From: a virus
Lineage: Duplodnaviria; Caudoviricetes
Length of the DNA: 57,168 bases
Strand: one strand, 5' to 3'
Virus record (IMG/VR): IMGVR_UViG_3300021976_000017
Coordinates: 1-57,168 of that record
This document shows, in pieces, positions 56,406 through 57,168 of this stretch; within the stretch, counting starts at the first letter, position 1, and every line of letters begins with the position of its first letter. The notes under the pieces were generated by a model. That model saw nothing but the letters and a program-made list of their open reading frames with translations, was not told where the DNA came from and ran no database searches. A program made the translations under genes and the position numbers.

Positions 56406-56418
56406 CGGCGCCGGCTCC

Positions 56419-56877
56419 CTAGTTCACGGCACGGAGGATGCTGCGAGGATCAGCGTCCGCCGACGGCTGCTCAACACCCTGCCGCGCGCGCCGCGACTTC
56501 CCGCGGTCCTTCGAATCCTCCGCCAACTCGATCGTCCACTCCAGGCGACGCCGGTCATAAGGCGTCATCCCGAACGCTGTCCGGTGCTGCCGGATCTCCG
56601 CAGAGATCGTCGTCCGCATCGTCCGCGAGTCCGCCGTGAAGAAGTCGTCCATCAGCATCGCCAGCACCACGATCTGATGCCGATCCGAATCGTGGTACTC
56701 CGACGACATCGGCGACCGCCACAGATCCGTCCACCACGCCAGCGTCAACGGCGACCACTCGCGGATAGCCGGCAACTTCGCGATCGCCCCGGACCGCCGA
56801 GCTGCGGACAGAGTGGCGCGCGTCGACGCATGGTTCGCTCGAGCACGGACTGACGGGTGCTTCTTCGCCGCCGACAT
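56419..56877 (-). CDS. Terminase small subunit
   Basis: WW..LW.SP, EIR.....FG.TP.DRRRL.W. Confidence 0.85.
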   Translation of the reverse strand: MSAAKKHPSVRARANHASTRATLSAARRSGAIAKLPAIREWSPLTLAWWTDLWRSPMSSEYHDSDRHQIVVLAMLMDDFFTADSRTMRTTISAEIRQHRTAFGMTPYDRRRLEWTIELAEDSKDRGKSRRARQGVEQPSADADPRSILRAVN

Positions 56878-57068
56878 CAGACGACGTCCAGTGTCTTGGC
56901 GTGCACCAGCACCGCTCGCGCGCCGCACTGCTTGGCGAACGCGTCGAGCGATTCGGTGTCCGCCTTGGTGATGTCGCCTTCGGCCTGGTCGATGACCAGC
57001 GCGAAGGTCTGTGTCTCGGCGCTTCCCAGCTTGTCGTAGGTGAGGTTGAGGACTCGGATACGTGCCAT
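56877..57068 (-). CDS. Small hypothetical protein
   Basis: GGGGAG RBS; MARIRVL...FALVIDQ. Confidence 0.6.
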   Translation of the reverse strand: MARIRVLNLTYDKLGSAETQTFALVIDQAEGDITKADTESLDAFAKQCGARAVLVHAKTLDVV

Positions 57069-57168
57069 GGTGAAACTCCCCTGACGGGTGGCCGCCCAAA
57101 GCCCGGGCGTAGGGCGTCGAACCCACCCCGCGGGCACCCTCCGGGAACCGTAGAGGTGGAAATGATCA

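Larger units (their letters stand above)
1..57168 (-). mobile_element. Temperate actinobacteriophage (siphovirus), apparently near-complete genome
   Basis: Full ordered set of terminase, portal, capsid, tail, tape measure, lysis, integrase/attP, repressor, replication and HNH genes; no host housekeeping genes seen. Confidence 0.95.

Overview
The window reads as an essentially complete temperate siphovirus genome of a high-GC actinobacterium, shown in reverse orientation and apparently linearised at or near its packaging end. From the right end on the minus strand it carries terminase, portal, head, tail (frameshifted chaperone, tape measure), lysis genes and a GDPD-domain virion protein. A central accessory block follows, then a tyrosine integrase with an attP matching a tmRNA/tRNA-Ala-type 3' end, an immunity switch, recombination, methylase and replication genes, an array of small genes, a serine resolvase and a terminal HNH nuclease. 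The central block is the unusual part. (1) A promoter drives three tandem Y-RNA-like modules that share one scaffold but have different inserts, only one being tRNA-like (YrlA type), followed by Ro60/TROVE and a small HTH gene. (2) A Streptomyces-plasmid/AICE-type transfer module (TraB FtsK-like translocase, Spd-like membrane proteins, divergent XRE+HD pair) sits inside an intact phage. All family assignments come from motif recognition by eye; no database searches were run.
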